Shown here in pieces: positions 1-11,194 of a stretch of 64,000 nt of DNA. The notes beneath the pieces were generated by a model. The model was given only the letters and a program-made list of their open reading frames with translations, did not search any database and was not told the DNA's origin. Numbering within the stretch: position 1 is the stretch's first letter; each line of letters begins with the position of its first letter. The stretch covers positions 12,400,001-12,464,000 of the forward strand of contig OZ176051.1 of assembly GCA_964247055.1 (NCBI GenBank), in the 5' to 3' direction. Source of the stretch: Paragordius varius (taxonomy: Eukaryota; Animalia; Nematomorpha). The position numbers were made by a program, and so were the translations under genes.

Positions 1-981
1 ATCATTTTGCAAAAAGTTATGCGTGCGCTATACTGACCATGCGATTCCATAAAACATTTGAAATAACGACAACCTAAAATTTTATGAAACTTTATAAATT
101 AATTAATTACATAAGCGGGATAATGAATTATTGATTATATAATGCATTTTAAATGATTAATCAAAAAATGTGGTTCCATTATTTAGGATCCTTGCTCACT
201 CAGATGAGAGGTGTTTATGCAATTTTCGACGAATATCTTTGTGATTATAAAAATATTTTTAATATAAGGTAAAAAATATAAAGCAAACGGTAATCATCGG
301 CTTTCTAATGTATCGAGACCTAAAAATTGCCCAAAAAGGCACATAATCATTTTTCAAAAACCATGGAATTAAATATATTTTATCCAACAGTAAAATTTGC
401 AATTAAATATCGTATAATTTAAAAGATTACTATGTTCATTATGACAACCATATTTTCTATCTTTTTCGTAGCTTGGTATAAAAAATAAGAAAAATTGGAA
501 TTATATATTTCTAGTTGTAAATTATTTAGTTTATTTACCGTCAAAAACATTAGGTTGATTAGCAGGCTTTGGAGGATATTTTGTAGAAATAATTTTGAGA
601 AAGTATGTGTTTAAGGATTTTTGATTGGGATAAAAAAATAATCATATTTATTTTTAATTATACAAAATGTATTAAATAGAGATATAGAAAATCATATTTT
701 TTCCAATTAGAAAAAGCATTTAAGCCATAATAAGGGTCATTATTGTGTTAGGGTTTGGCTATAATTTTTTTATGAAATAGCAAAAACAACGCTGAATAAG
801 GTGCTAATCAATAAATTTATTAAATTATCCAATTTACAAATCTTTCTTGACCTCTTCTTTTACGTCATTTTATATAATTTCAATCTATTTTTATCCATAT
901 TTCACATAACATGCCTCCCAAATAATTTTAAATTAAATATGATTAAATTTATAAAAATATAACCAAAAAAAATTAGACACC

Positions 982-1863
982 ATGAAAATTTTTCAAATCA
1001 TATACAACAACATCTCAACTATAGGATTTATTATTTTGATCATATATCTTGGTTTTCATTATAATGGAAAACAATGGTGGACATCTAAACCATTTGTGTG
1101 CTACATAATTTTTATAACTTTGCATGTAATCATTTTGGTGACAAATATCTTTGCAAATGCTATCCCAGTTACCATGTTACCATTAATTCGACAGATAATT
1201 CTGGTCCTTATGGCTATACCCAAATTCGTCATAGTAAACGATGTTATGCTCAAATGTATTTCCTTCAAGTCGAAGACATTTAAACGTATGCTAGGTGCTA
1301 TGGCACTGATTCCATTTGCAATAGTTGTGGCCACAATGGCGGCCATATTTATACCAATCCCACATATATTAAATACTAAAAATAAAAGTCCCATTCTTTT
1401 AATACTTATTAGGACTCTATTTCTTACCCGTTTTATATTATGTATCATTTCCGTTATAACGATATTGATGGCAGTAATTCTTTTGTTTAAAAAAAACAAG
1501 GCCTTAAAAAGGGTAGAAAGCATGCCATTAGCTCAAAACATTGTGATGAGATTGGAATCCGTTCCACAAATATACACTAATAATGTTAATGTAGGTCACA
1601 ATCACAGAATCGATAATCGTATATCTGCAATGACGAAAAATAGAATGCAGAGATATCTCAATGCCAAAAGGAATACCACAATTTTGATAGTTTTATCTGT
1701 GGGCTACATAATTAATGCGGTTGTATATCTTTGGCTAATTTTTGCCACTTTCGAGCCTAAAAACATAATTTTATCATTTTTATATAATCTGGATATTTTG
1801 TTTGCTATATTATTGTATCCGCAAAAGGATATTTACGCTAGAAACTTTCAGCGCCAAAGGTGA
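982..1863 (+). CDS. Intronless orphan seven-transmembrane (GPCR-like) protein, 293 aa, paralog 1
   Basis: ATG-to-TGA ORF with seven hydrophobic segments (about aa 4-26, 38-60, 64-87, 103-126, 138-168, 233-255, 263-280). A long basic loop lies between TM5 and TM6 (KKNKALKR...RYLNAKRNTT). The frame is conserved in a second copy at 17775. No DRY or NPxxY motif. Confidence 0.85.
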   Translation: MKIFQIIYNNISTIGFIILIIYLGFHYNGKQWWTSKPFVCYIIFITLHVIILVTNIFANAIPVTMLPLIRQIILVLMAIPKFVIVNDVMLKCISFKSKTFKRMLGAMALIPFAIVVATMAAIFIPIPHILNTKNKSPILLILIRTLFLTRFILCIISVITILMAVILLFKKNKALKRVESMPLAQNIVMRLESVPQIYTNNVNVGHNHRIDNRISAMTKNRMQRYLNAKRNTTILIVLSVGYIINAVVYLWLIFATFEPKNIILSFLYNLDILFAILLYPQKDIYARNFQRQR

Positions 1864-2645
1864 CAAAAAATACAGAAATATCAACTTACTGTGTACAGAT
1901 ATTTGATTGATTCTTATATGTTCTTATAAAAGATATAGGAATGTTATAGTCAATTTATTATTTTAACCATTTTAATCCGTTTGAAGCATTTTACAGATCC
2001 TTCTGTCATAATATATATCATTTTGATTTGATAATAGAATTTTATTGTTAATGGCATTCATAACCAATATAAGATATTATATGTTCAATAAACGTTCCTA
2101 TCCAATTATTTTTACCGATTTACATTTTCTTTATTCATCAACATACAATTTAACCCCTGAGATATTGGTGATGGGCATGCAGTTTACTTTTTGGCACAAT
2201 AGCAGTTGTCCGAAACGATCCTAAATAAAAACCAGGTTAACCCACTATATTCTAAAAATGATCTCTTTATATCGAAATTAAAACTAAAATTTCTAAACTT
2301 GAACCGGAACCCGGTTGGTTGCAAAAATTTGAAGTGATTTTGCCGGACCCAAGGGCTTAAGTAGGTACAGTAGCTTACCACAAATCACAAAATGGGGATT
2401 ACAAAAGCATTATATTGGGCCTTACGATTTAGGAAAGACATTTCTACTTTCATGGTCAGCGCAAAATTAACGAACATTATGATTGGTAGGATTCTTGATG
2501 GAGCATAATGATTCATAGATCAAAATATAAATTTTATTTAAAAAGTATATCATTATCTAGTGAATCTTTATTTTTTTAGGAGAGTGCGTAAAGTCTCAAG
2601 TTTTTAAGCCCCGCTAAGATAGGTTAGTTTTCATAAAATAAACAA

Positions 2646-3990
2646 ATATACTGTGTTATAAAAATGGTGGCTTTGTGATCTGTTTCCGGAAAGGCGGTAG
2701 ACCCATTCAAACCCAAATGTCGAAAAAATATAGCAATGTCCTCGCCCTTTTTAGATAGGCACCCAGTTTGGGCCCACTCCCTGTAATAAACGGTTTAAAC
2801 ACAAGTTTACAAAAATCGTGTCTTTGAGACAATTTTCCGGGACACGTGCTAGACTATTCGGTTTTAAATATGATTTTTTTTACTTTATTTCGATTGTGCC
2901 GAACATAATTGACTCGCATTTTTAATTTAGGCCTTCTTTTTAATCCCCCCCCCCCCGTAAAATGCCATTTTTTCAAAAAATCAAGTCCACAAAAATAATT
3001 TTTTGAATCTATTTTTCGTCCAAGGTAAGAGATCGTATAAAATTGATAAGGATTTCAGGTATTCCCTGTTAAAAGGCAAAAATTTAAGTCGTGCATGTTT
3101 TTATATGGATTACTGGGTAAAAATATACCCGCTAAAAACCGCCCCGTCATATCGAAATAGCGTGTTTTTGGGGCTAAATTTCAGAAATCAGGCCATATGA
3201 GTTCAATAGGTTAAAATAATTCGTAGCAAGGCAAAAATTTAGGTCGTGCGGTTTTTTTAAATTTGCCGTTAATTAGGCCCTTTATACGCCCTAACAAATG
3301 GGCTATCATTAAAGTATTATTTAGTTTTCAAGCCATTCTTCCAAAAACTATTTAGAGCATATGGAATGAATGATGATTCCAGGTATTCCTCTTTAAAGGT
3401 AAAAATTTTTATCGAACGTCTTTTTTATATTGGCCTTTGATAGGGGGCTACCCGCCTACAACGCGCCACCATATCGATACAGCTTGATTTTGGAGGCAAA
3501 TTTTGAAAACTTCTCAGGCTATATGAGTTCAATAAAAGCTTGGAATATTAACCGTAACGCGGTAAAGGTCAGGCGTTTATCAGTGTTTAATTTGGAGCCT
3601 TTTTGCCTTAAAAAACGCCATCATATAACGATTATTTAGTGTTGGCGTATTTTTTCGAATAACCCATGAGACGATGGTATCAAAGATGATTTCAAATATT
3701 TGCCCAAAGTAAGGATTTAATTCAGCACCGTTTTAAAATGAGACACCATACAAAAATAGGGTGGTTTTGGAGCTAATTTTCAAAAAAGTTAGGAAGCCAT
3801 ATGAGTTCAATAAAGGCTATAAATAATACCCATAAAAAGATATAAATTATAGTATAGCAGTTTTTTCAAACCGTCAATTTGACGCCTTCACACCAGTATT
3901 ATTTTAGTCTGAATGCACAGTTTTGAAAATTCTAAGAAGCTCCGTTTTGAGAATTCTATTAAATAATGTTTTAAAATAATCCACATATAT
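2646..3990 (+). mobile_element. Non-autonomous Helitron family C, copy 1 (3' end degenerate or truncated)
   Basis: Shares the 5' block tataaaaatggtggctttgtgatctgtttccggaaa..cggtagaccc and internal repeats (ccatatgagttcaata; gattccagg; aaaggcaaaaattt) with 39287-40937 and with the reverse complement of 43369-45354. Confidence 0.7.
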
Positions 3991-4714
3991 GAATTACAAT
4001 TTTTGAGCCCTTAATAGCGGCTTCACAGGCTCCAACTTACACTATCTTGTTTACCACAGTAATATAATTTCATAAAGTATCTAGCAATTTTAATAATAAT
4101 AGCAATATGGGCAGAAGGTTATGCATGAATACATCTATATATATGGAATTTTACAAATTGTGTATGTCAAAGCTCTTTAATAAAGATTTAAAAAAAGTTA
4201 TTTTGTGGAATTCCATTCACCGAAATCACAAATTGTACGCCAATTTTGCTAAGTCTTAGTGAAAAATAATCTTTTCAAAATCATTAAAATATTTTATAAA
4301 CTTTATAAAAATTTATTAATTTGGCGCAAAAATGGCGAAATAGTCAACTTATAATTTATTCCAAATGACATCAAAACATAATTTTTGATACTAATCTACT
4401 TTACAAAATTTGTTGAAACATAATATGGTATTTTTAAGCATAGTGTGATAGGCCGAAAAAAAGTTTCCTCTCAAGAGCCATGCACCATATACTACCAACA
4501 TATATTCCATATCTCCTTGCATATACAGACATTTACGCTCTAAATCGATGCCGGTCGCATAAATATGGTAGCTAAACTACCTCTTAAGGTGCCATTTATT
4601 TTAAAAAAAATAAACTATTATTTTAATTTCCAACATTTTCAGCTAGTAGTATCATCATGACCGGTTCAATCTTAATGCGTAATTCATGGCATCAAGGCGA
4701 ATTCCATATATATA

Positions 4715-4815
4715 CATTTTTTAAGCAAAGACAACATTTTTTCAAACAAACGCAACATTTTTTCGAGCAAATGCAACATATTTTCAAGAAAGATAAACAT
4801 TTCCAAGCGCAACAT
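4715..4815. repeat. Degenerate ~21-bp tandem repeat (caaacgcaacattttttcgag-like); related array in opposite orientation at ~46820-47000
   Basis: Recurring caacattttt(t)c / gcaaa(c/t)gc units; these explain the spurious QHFF-repeat ORF at 4657-4854. Confidence 0.55.
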
Positions 4816-5867
4816 AAAGTATCTATGTTTAAATTATATATAAAAGAACAATAAAGCTTTGCCATAATAAATTTAAAAACTTGGTCTCTAACTCAGAACT
4901 GGTTCTAAAACAGGTATATTTAAACTGGTTCCGGTTCCTGTTCTTTACATTTCTTTTGGTTCCAGAACCGATTTTTTAAAAAATTCAACGGCTCTTAAAA
5001 TTTCACAACTTTTCCGGTTCTTTTAGAACAACGGTATAGAACCGTTTGTGCTACCCTATTAAGCGCATGATTCAATTTTTTAAAAAATGTAAAATTCTCA
5101 TCTCAATCTTTGTCGCCATTTTTTCGTAATTTTTTAAACCATTAATACAAAAGGGAAATACATATTATGGTAGAAAACATAAATAATTAACTTTAAAAAA
5201 ATAAATCACAATTTTTCGATATTTATCTATATTAGAATCAGTTCGTTTGATTCGTGTTTTGGAGCTATCTGTGACATTCTGAAGTCAAGAAACTGTAAAA
5301 GATTTAAGTTTTTATGTCTAAGCATAAGAAGAAGGTTTGATATTTATTTCCCAATAACTTATTATTAAACAACAGTTTGTTTACCACTTTATACTCTGCG
5401 GGAAATTCAAAATGCATAGCGTAAAAAATTGAAAATGTAAATGTCTATTATCTATGATTCTGGATCATCTAAAAACACTTTTTTAAATTGTTTAGCCCAA
5501 AAATACTATATGACATATAATATTTAATTGGACAATCTGAGCTGTAAGAAGCGTTTAGCAATCATATTATGTAAAAAAGGGTTCGTATATCTAAAATTTT
5601 TGTCAACTGTTTCCATGTCTTAATAAATACCATAAAAACTCCATAATATTTTGCTAAAATTTTTAAAATATGCATTTTTCCAAAATATGTTTTGATGTCA
5701 TATCGATAATAAATACGCAATTTTTGCGATTATAAAAAATCAGCCCACTAGAGGGAGCGAAAAATTTGACACTCTTGGCACAAAAATTATAATTTTACAA
5801 CATTATTTTTATAGATATTTTAAGATCTGGAACATTTAGATAACAAGAAAAATTTTATCTAATAGAA

Positions 5868-8080
5868 CAGGGGCCAACACAAATGGCTTGAAGAGACACC
5901 TTTTCGACCTCAAAATTCCAAAGAGCCACTTTTTATTTATATATATCAAGACATTGGTAACAAATAAAATTTATTATATTAACATATAGATGTGCTAATT
6001 TTCATATCAAAAAGAAAATAAACAGTATAAATATAATAATGCTTTGCTAATTAAATTATATCAATGTGTAAAAAAAGATAAAAATATATGGATATGGTAA
6101 ACTTATTGCAATTCGATAGTATGACTAGAGTAGACTGTGGCGAATTTAATCGCCAAAATTAACCTTATTTATTCAGACAGCGAGTTTATCATGAGGTGCG
6201 TACATGAAATATATTATGTGTTTTAAGTATTTTGCGCGTTACAAGATCACGATGAAATCAAGCAATGGACCTGACTTAAAAGAAAGTACATAAAAGCACA
6301 TATATTAGCATCCTCAATTGATAGTCTCTGCAAAAGAAATTTTACCTCCTTAAAGGGAGCTGATAATCATGCAATTTAAAATGTATTGAGTCAAATATGA
6401 GTATGTCTTGTTTGATAACGATTGGTGCCCATCCACGATGGGAAAAAACAAGGGTAAGATGGAAACCGATGCCATAAATATGATCAAATATATATAATGC
6501 AGTGACACCGTAAAAATCTCTGTGCATATGATTGTTGTCGAGGAAAATGTCTAATAAAGTTTTTTTATCTAATAAAAATAAAAGAAATAAATATTTTTCA
6601 TTGCATAATTAAATTTTTAATGGGATATTCGTTTTGTATTTTTTTTGCTTAATTTCAGATCATCTATATCAATATTTGATACAGCACATCTCACATTCTC
6701 CAAGTTTTATATTTTTTATAAAATTCTATTTGTTTGCCCAAATAATAATTTTAATTAATTATTAGATTGCAAATCTAGTAATTCCGTTTGTAAATTAATA
6801 GGAGCGTTGATAGCTTCAACGTAGAATAAACAACAAAATAAATCATTTATTTTTTCATATTTTATAATATCCCTGTATCGATTATTAAAAGCTTTTAATA
6901 ATATGTAAATTTGATCTGCATATTTTGGAAAACGTTAGTTTTACCAGCTTTAAATCTATTCATTTTTGCAAATTGTTCAGCATTATTTTTTTTAAATGGC
7001 ATTCAAATAACATCAATTTTTTACAAAACGCTTAAATATGGTTATTAGCATCAACAATTAAATTATCTTGCTTTTGCAAGGATTTATTTAATTGATGTAG
7101 TTTTTCGGTAATATATATGGAAAAGCATAAATCTGACAACCAATCTTTATTAATTAATTCCCCTACCAAATAATTATTCTGCAATAGAAAATATATATCT
7201 TTTAATAATAATAAAAGCTTTTTAGACATCTCGACTAAGCCACCTTATGTTTGACAAAAATATAAGATCTTCTTATTCTGAAGGAAATTTTTTTTAATTG
7301 GCAACAATATAACATACCTTTACTATCGGCGTGAATGAAATTGTTGGTTGGAGATAATTAATATTAATTAAAGATTCTAATTTTATTATTTTCATTTCTG
7401 TAGTCATATGAATAAAATCCAAATGCATAATATTGGCATGTCTTTTTAAATTATATTCGCGAAACCCGTTTGTCGTAAATTTGCAAATAAGGCACTCCGC
7501 TTTGTTGAAAATTTGAGTAAACCCATATTTTAATTCCTTGTCGGGATTGTATTTTCTAGTTACTTTTTTAGATTAATGCATATTAAAGGCTAAATAAATT
7601 ATTTTAAATACCTATTTTTTGCAAGTAAATGTTTATTGGACCCAAATTATAATTCCCAGTATTGGTATGGAAGCCAAATAAATTATTTTAAATACCTTTT
7701 TTTGGCAAATAATTTAATGTTACAATGGACCCAAATTATAATTCCCAGTATTGGTATGAAAGCTAAATAAATTATTTTAAATAACTATTAGCAAGTAATT
7801 TAATGTTTTAATTTAATGTGAATGTTATCATCTTGAAGTTGTAAATAACATGCAAGAAAAAATGTGTTTTATAAATGATTAAATGAATGCGATGATAGAT
7901 ATTTATAATAGAGAATTTTAATAGAAGTTTCTAAAAATAATTGAATGTCAAAATAAAAATTCATAATTTACATATAAATTTTTTTTTAAAAAAATTAGAA
8001 ATTATTTTTTTAAAATAAATTTTTTTTTTCGAAATTTTCAATAAACCACTAGTGGCTCGCGAGTACCCTGTTGGACCCTG
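5868..8080 (-). mobile_element. hAT DNA transposon (Charlie/SPIN/Buster-like) with decayed, rearranged transposase
   Basis: Imperfect TIRs caggggccaaca (5868) and cagggtccaaca (reverse complement, 8080); perfect 8-bp TSD TAATAGAA at 5860-5867 and 8081-8088. Minus-strand remnants: CLICKF..REYNLKRH (~7500-7436), RWLSR (~7244-7232), DWLSDLCF..ITEKLHQLNKSLQ, KAFCKKLMLFE, NAPINLQTELLDLQSN. Confidence 0.85.
7585..7800. repeat. ~84-89 bp tandem repeat, about 2.5 copies, in the hAT 5' region
   Basis: aaataaattattttaaata starts at ~7591, 7675 and 7764; ggacccaaattataattcccagtattggtatg occurs twice. Confidence 0.85.
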
Positions 8081-8176
8081 TAATAGAAGGTCAAAGTTTC
8101 TTTCGTGTGACCACAAACGAGCCTAAAACTGAAAGCTCCATTAAAAACCTGATGTATTTACTTAATAATATATATA

Positions 8177-9416
8177 CACTGTGTGCAAAAAAATTTTTAA
8201 CGAAAAAATTTTTTTTCATGAGATAGCTTAAGACCAGCGTATTCATTTACCGCAAAAATTTTTATTTGATGACAATCTAGTTTTTGAAATATTGAGAGAA
8301 ATCGAAATTGGGCAAAATGAAAAGTAAGGATAATTCAAAAAATAATGATAAAATCTGAAATATTATTGTTTATTATCATTTTAGGAGATATTTCAATATA
8401 TAATAGCCTAAAATCATATAGTTAGGGTTTCTATAAAATTTCAGGTCAAAAGATGGCGTTTTTCTTATATCACATTTATAAGACAAAAAAAAATTTAATG
8501 AAACTATATTAAAATAATTTTTTTAATTATTTACTATTTAAACTCACTATTAAAATCTTAACATTCATATTTTATTCAGTAAAATAAACTTCTAAATCAA
8601 AATAAAACCTTGTTTTTTATTTTTGCATTATTTTGTCATCTGGTTTATGAGTGTATAAAAAATTTATACTGCTTTATTTCAAATTCTTACATGGGTGGCA
8701 ATTATTAAGTAAATAATTTATGCAAAATAGGATTGAAAATTAGTGGAATGTCAACCAACAATCCGTACAAATCCCAATACAAATATTAATTTGTCATAAA
8801 ACAGATTTGTTACAGGAAATTGTAGGGATTGTTGGTTGATATTCCTCTACTTTTAAATTTTGCATAAACTATATACTTAATAATTCTTAATCATGTAAGA
8901 TTCCAAAATGAAACAGTATAAATTTTTTTATACTCATAAACCAGATGACAAAAAAATGCAAAAAAAAAAGCAATATTTTTGGTTTTATTTTGATTTAGAA
9001 GTTTATTTTAGTGAATAAAATATGAATGTTAAGATTTTAATAGTGATTATAGGCAGTAAATAATTAAAAAAAATTATACTTTTATTAAATCTTTTTGTCT
9101 TTTAAGTGTGATAAAAGAAAAACGCCATCTTTTGACTTGAACTTTTATAGAAACCCTAATGATTTTAGGCTATTTATATATTGAAAATATCTCCTAAAAT
9201 GATATTAAACGATAATATTTCAGATTTTATCATTATTTTTATCCTTAATTATCCTTAATTTTCACTTTTTGCCTGATTTCGATTTTCTTTCAATATTTCA
9301 AAAACTAGGTTGTCAACAATTAAAAAATTTTGCGACAAATGAATACGCTGGTCATAAGCTATCTCATGAATAAAAAACTTTTTCGTATCAAAATGACCCT
9401 CTTTTTTGCATATAGT
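8177..9416. mobile_element. Foldback element family A, copy 1 (Chapaev3/CMC-like non-autonomous, ~600-bp inverted arms)
   Basis: Starts CACTGTGTGCAAAA and ends with degenerate ttttgcatatagt. The left arm (8177-~8785) and right arm (~8805-9416) are reverse complements along their length. It sits in a TA-rich site compatible with an ATA TSD. Confidence 0.8.
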
Positions 9417-10394
9417 ATATATATATAATTTGGAGTGATTAAAAAGCTAAGAAAACCCTAAAAAACTTACATTAGATTTTTAAGGACCCTTTCTTTAAAA
9501 AAACGAGCATAGGAAACACTTAAAGGGTCTCCTTTTTTTATTCGCTCCACCCAGTGTTGTGCGCACTAGCCTCTATATCCTCTTTTGGTTTAATATAAAG
9601 CATTATCGGCAAAATAAGGTGAAAAATAGTCTTTATACCTTTAAATACGGGCCGCCGGAATATTTGAGTTGAAAATGCGACCCGCTAAGCTATTTGTGTT
9701 GACCTCAACTGTAAAACGATATTTTATAAATTTTTTCAACACTATAAATAAAAATTACTCATGCTTTGTGTAAATGTGAAATTATGTTACCTGTAACTAA
9801 ATAATAATATTTCAAAATCAGGTTAACCTAAAAACAATTGACTAACTTATTTTATATTAAAAAGGGCATGGACAAATAATTGAATATTAGGAACAATGCA
9901 TTTTGGGTCTCATTGCTCATTTAGCTGAATGATTAAATATTCAAAATTTTTGGAGCAAAATTAAAACGAAAAAAGTTTTTCCCGCCGGTATATTGAGTTA
10001 TAAATTTTCTAATAATTCAGTTAATGAAAGATTATAAACGATCTATTAATTATAATCAAGTCCTAGAGCTAATTTAAATATAATTTATATAACAAAACTA
10101 TATTTTTACAATTAAAAACAATAATTACGAATAATACAGCCATATTATCCATTTATTACATTTTTTCTGCGCGATGACATTGGAGTAATTAACCGATAAA
10201 TAAAAGAATCAGTTTTTATTTTCTAAAGCCTTCAGATAGCTCCGACACACTGAAACGAACACTGATATTATAATCAATAATCATCAAAAATTTGGTTGTA
10301 AATTGTAACTTAAAAGCTTTCCGAAGTTAATTAAGTATCATCATAAATATATATTTATTTGCCTCCTGTTATTGTTGTTGAGTTTTAAATATCG

Positions 10395-10745
10395 ACCATT
10401 AGGGATCATTTAAAAATTTCTTCCACTCCGTTCTGTCATGGGCTTTCGAGATAGTTTTGCAGTCACATTGTAAGTGGTGAATTTTCGTACATCCAACGAG
10501 TATGTCTTCGGCCTCTTCCTTTGTTATTTACTTTTTATAACATGATATCCTTTTCCAAACACTATCCTCGAATTTTTTCCAAAGCCAAATTTTTGTTTGG
10601 TTATTTAACAAGAAGCGTTGTTTGTGTGTTGATTTTGTATGCATTATGGACACTCTTTATTTTGTCCTTTTATGTTATACCAAATATTTTCCTTCAGCAG
10701 AACATTTTAAAAGCGTTATTCTTTTCTCGTCATCATGTTTAATGG
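10395..10745 (-). mobile_element. 3' fragment of an RTE-like LINE
   Basis: The minus strand reads QGRGRRHTRW... and, after a frameshift, SKAHDRTEWKKFL*, matching the RTE C-terminal GRPRxRW...A.DR..W pattern. It contains stops and frameshifts. Confidence 0.55.
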
Positions 10746-11194
10746 AATTAGGGGTTTTTTAATCAAATTTTTGTAATTACGTATGTCATGTGTTTCCATA
10801 TTAATAATGTGAAACCCAAATGCATTTAGCTATTTAAAATAAATTAAAAAAAGCGGGAAAAGTTTGTGATGATTTTTTACAGTTTTATATTAAAAAATGC
10901 ATCATGCTCTTGAAAGGCTAAAAATCATATTTTTGAGTTTGCCCCCATGCTAAAAATATTTAATTTACGTTTCAAATCTTCCTGGCGTATAAAACTACCC
11001 CAAATACATGAAATGTTAACTAATGTTATACTATTTTACGAGTATGATTTAATTATTTATAATAGTCAAAACAAAGTTATATTAGCATAAAAAATTGATA
11101 TGGCTCTTCAAACCGTGTTTATTTAAGAGACATTTATCGACCTTCCGCCAAACATAACTTGTAAGTTGTTTCGCAAATATTAGTCTAATGTTCT

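Noticed and set aside
1101-1523. Antisense ORFs of 140 aa (here) and 193 aa (17894-18475) in both 7TM genes
   Set aside because: These are codon-mirror by-products of hydrophobic, T-rich sense ORFs; their ends differ between paralogs and they have no independent signals.
982-1863. Opsin or canonical class A GPCR assignment
   Set aside because: No retinal-binding Lys in TM7, and no DRY, NPxxY or ECL2 disulfide pattern.
4657-4854. ORF with QHFF repeats
   Set aside because: It is the translation of a degenerate 21-bp DNA repeat that recurs in reverse at ~46820-47000.
6342-6545. 61-aa minus ORF, and a possible Mutator-like GKMETDA motif on the plus strand
   Set aside because: Better explained as the hAT TDGAPSMxGKNKG region with a frameshift, inside hAT TIRs.
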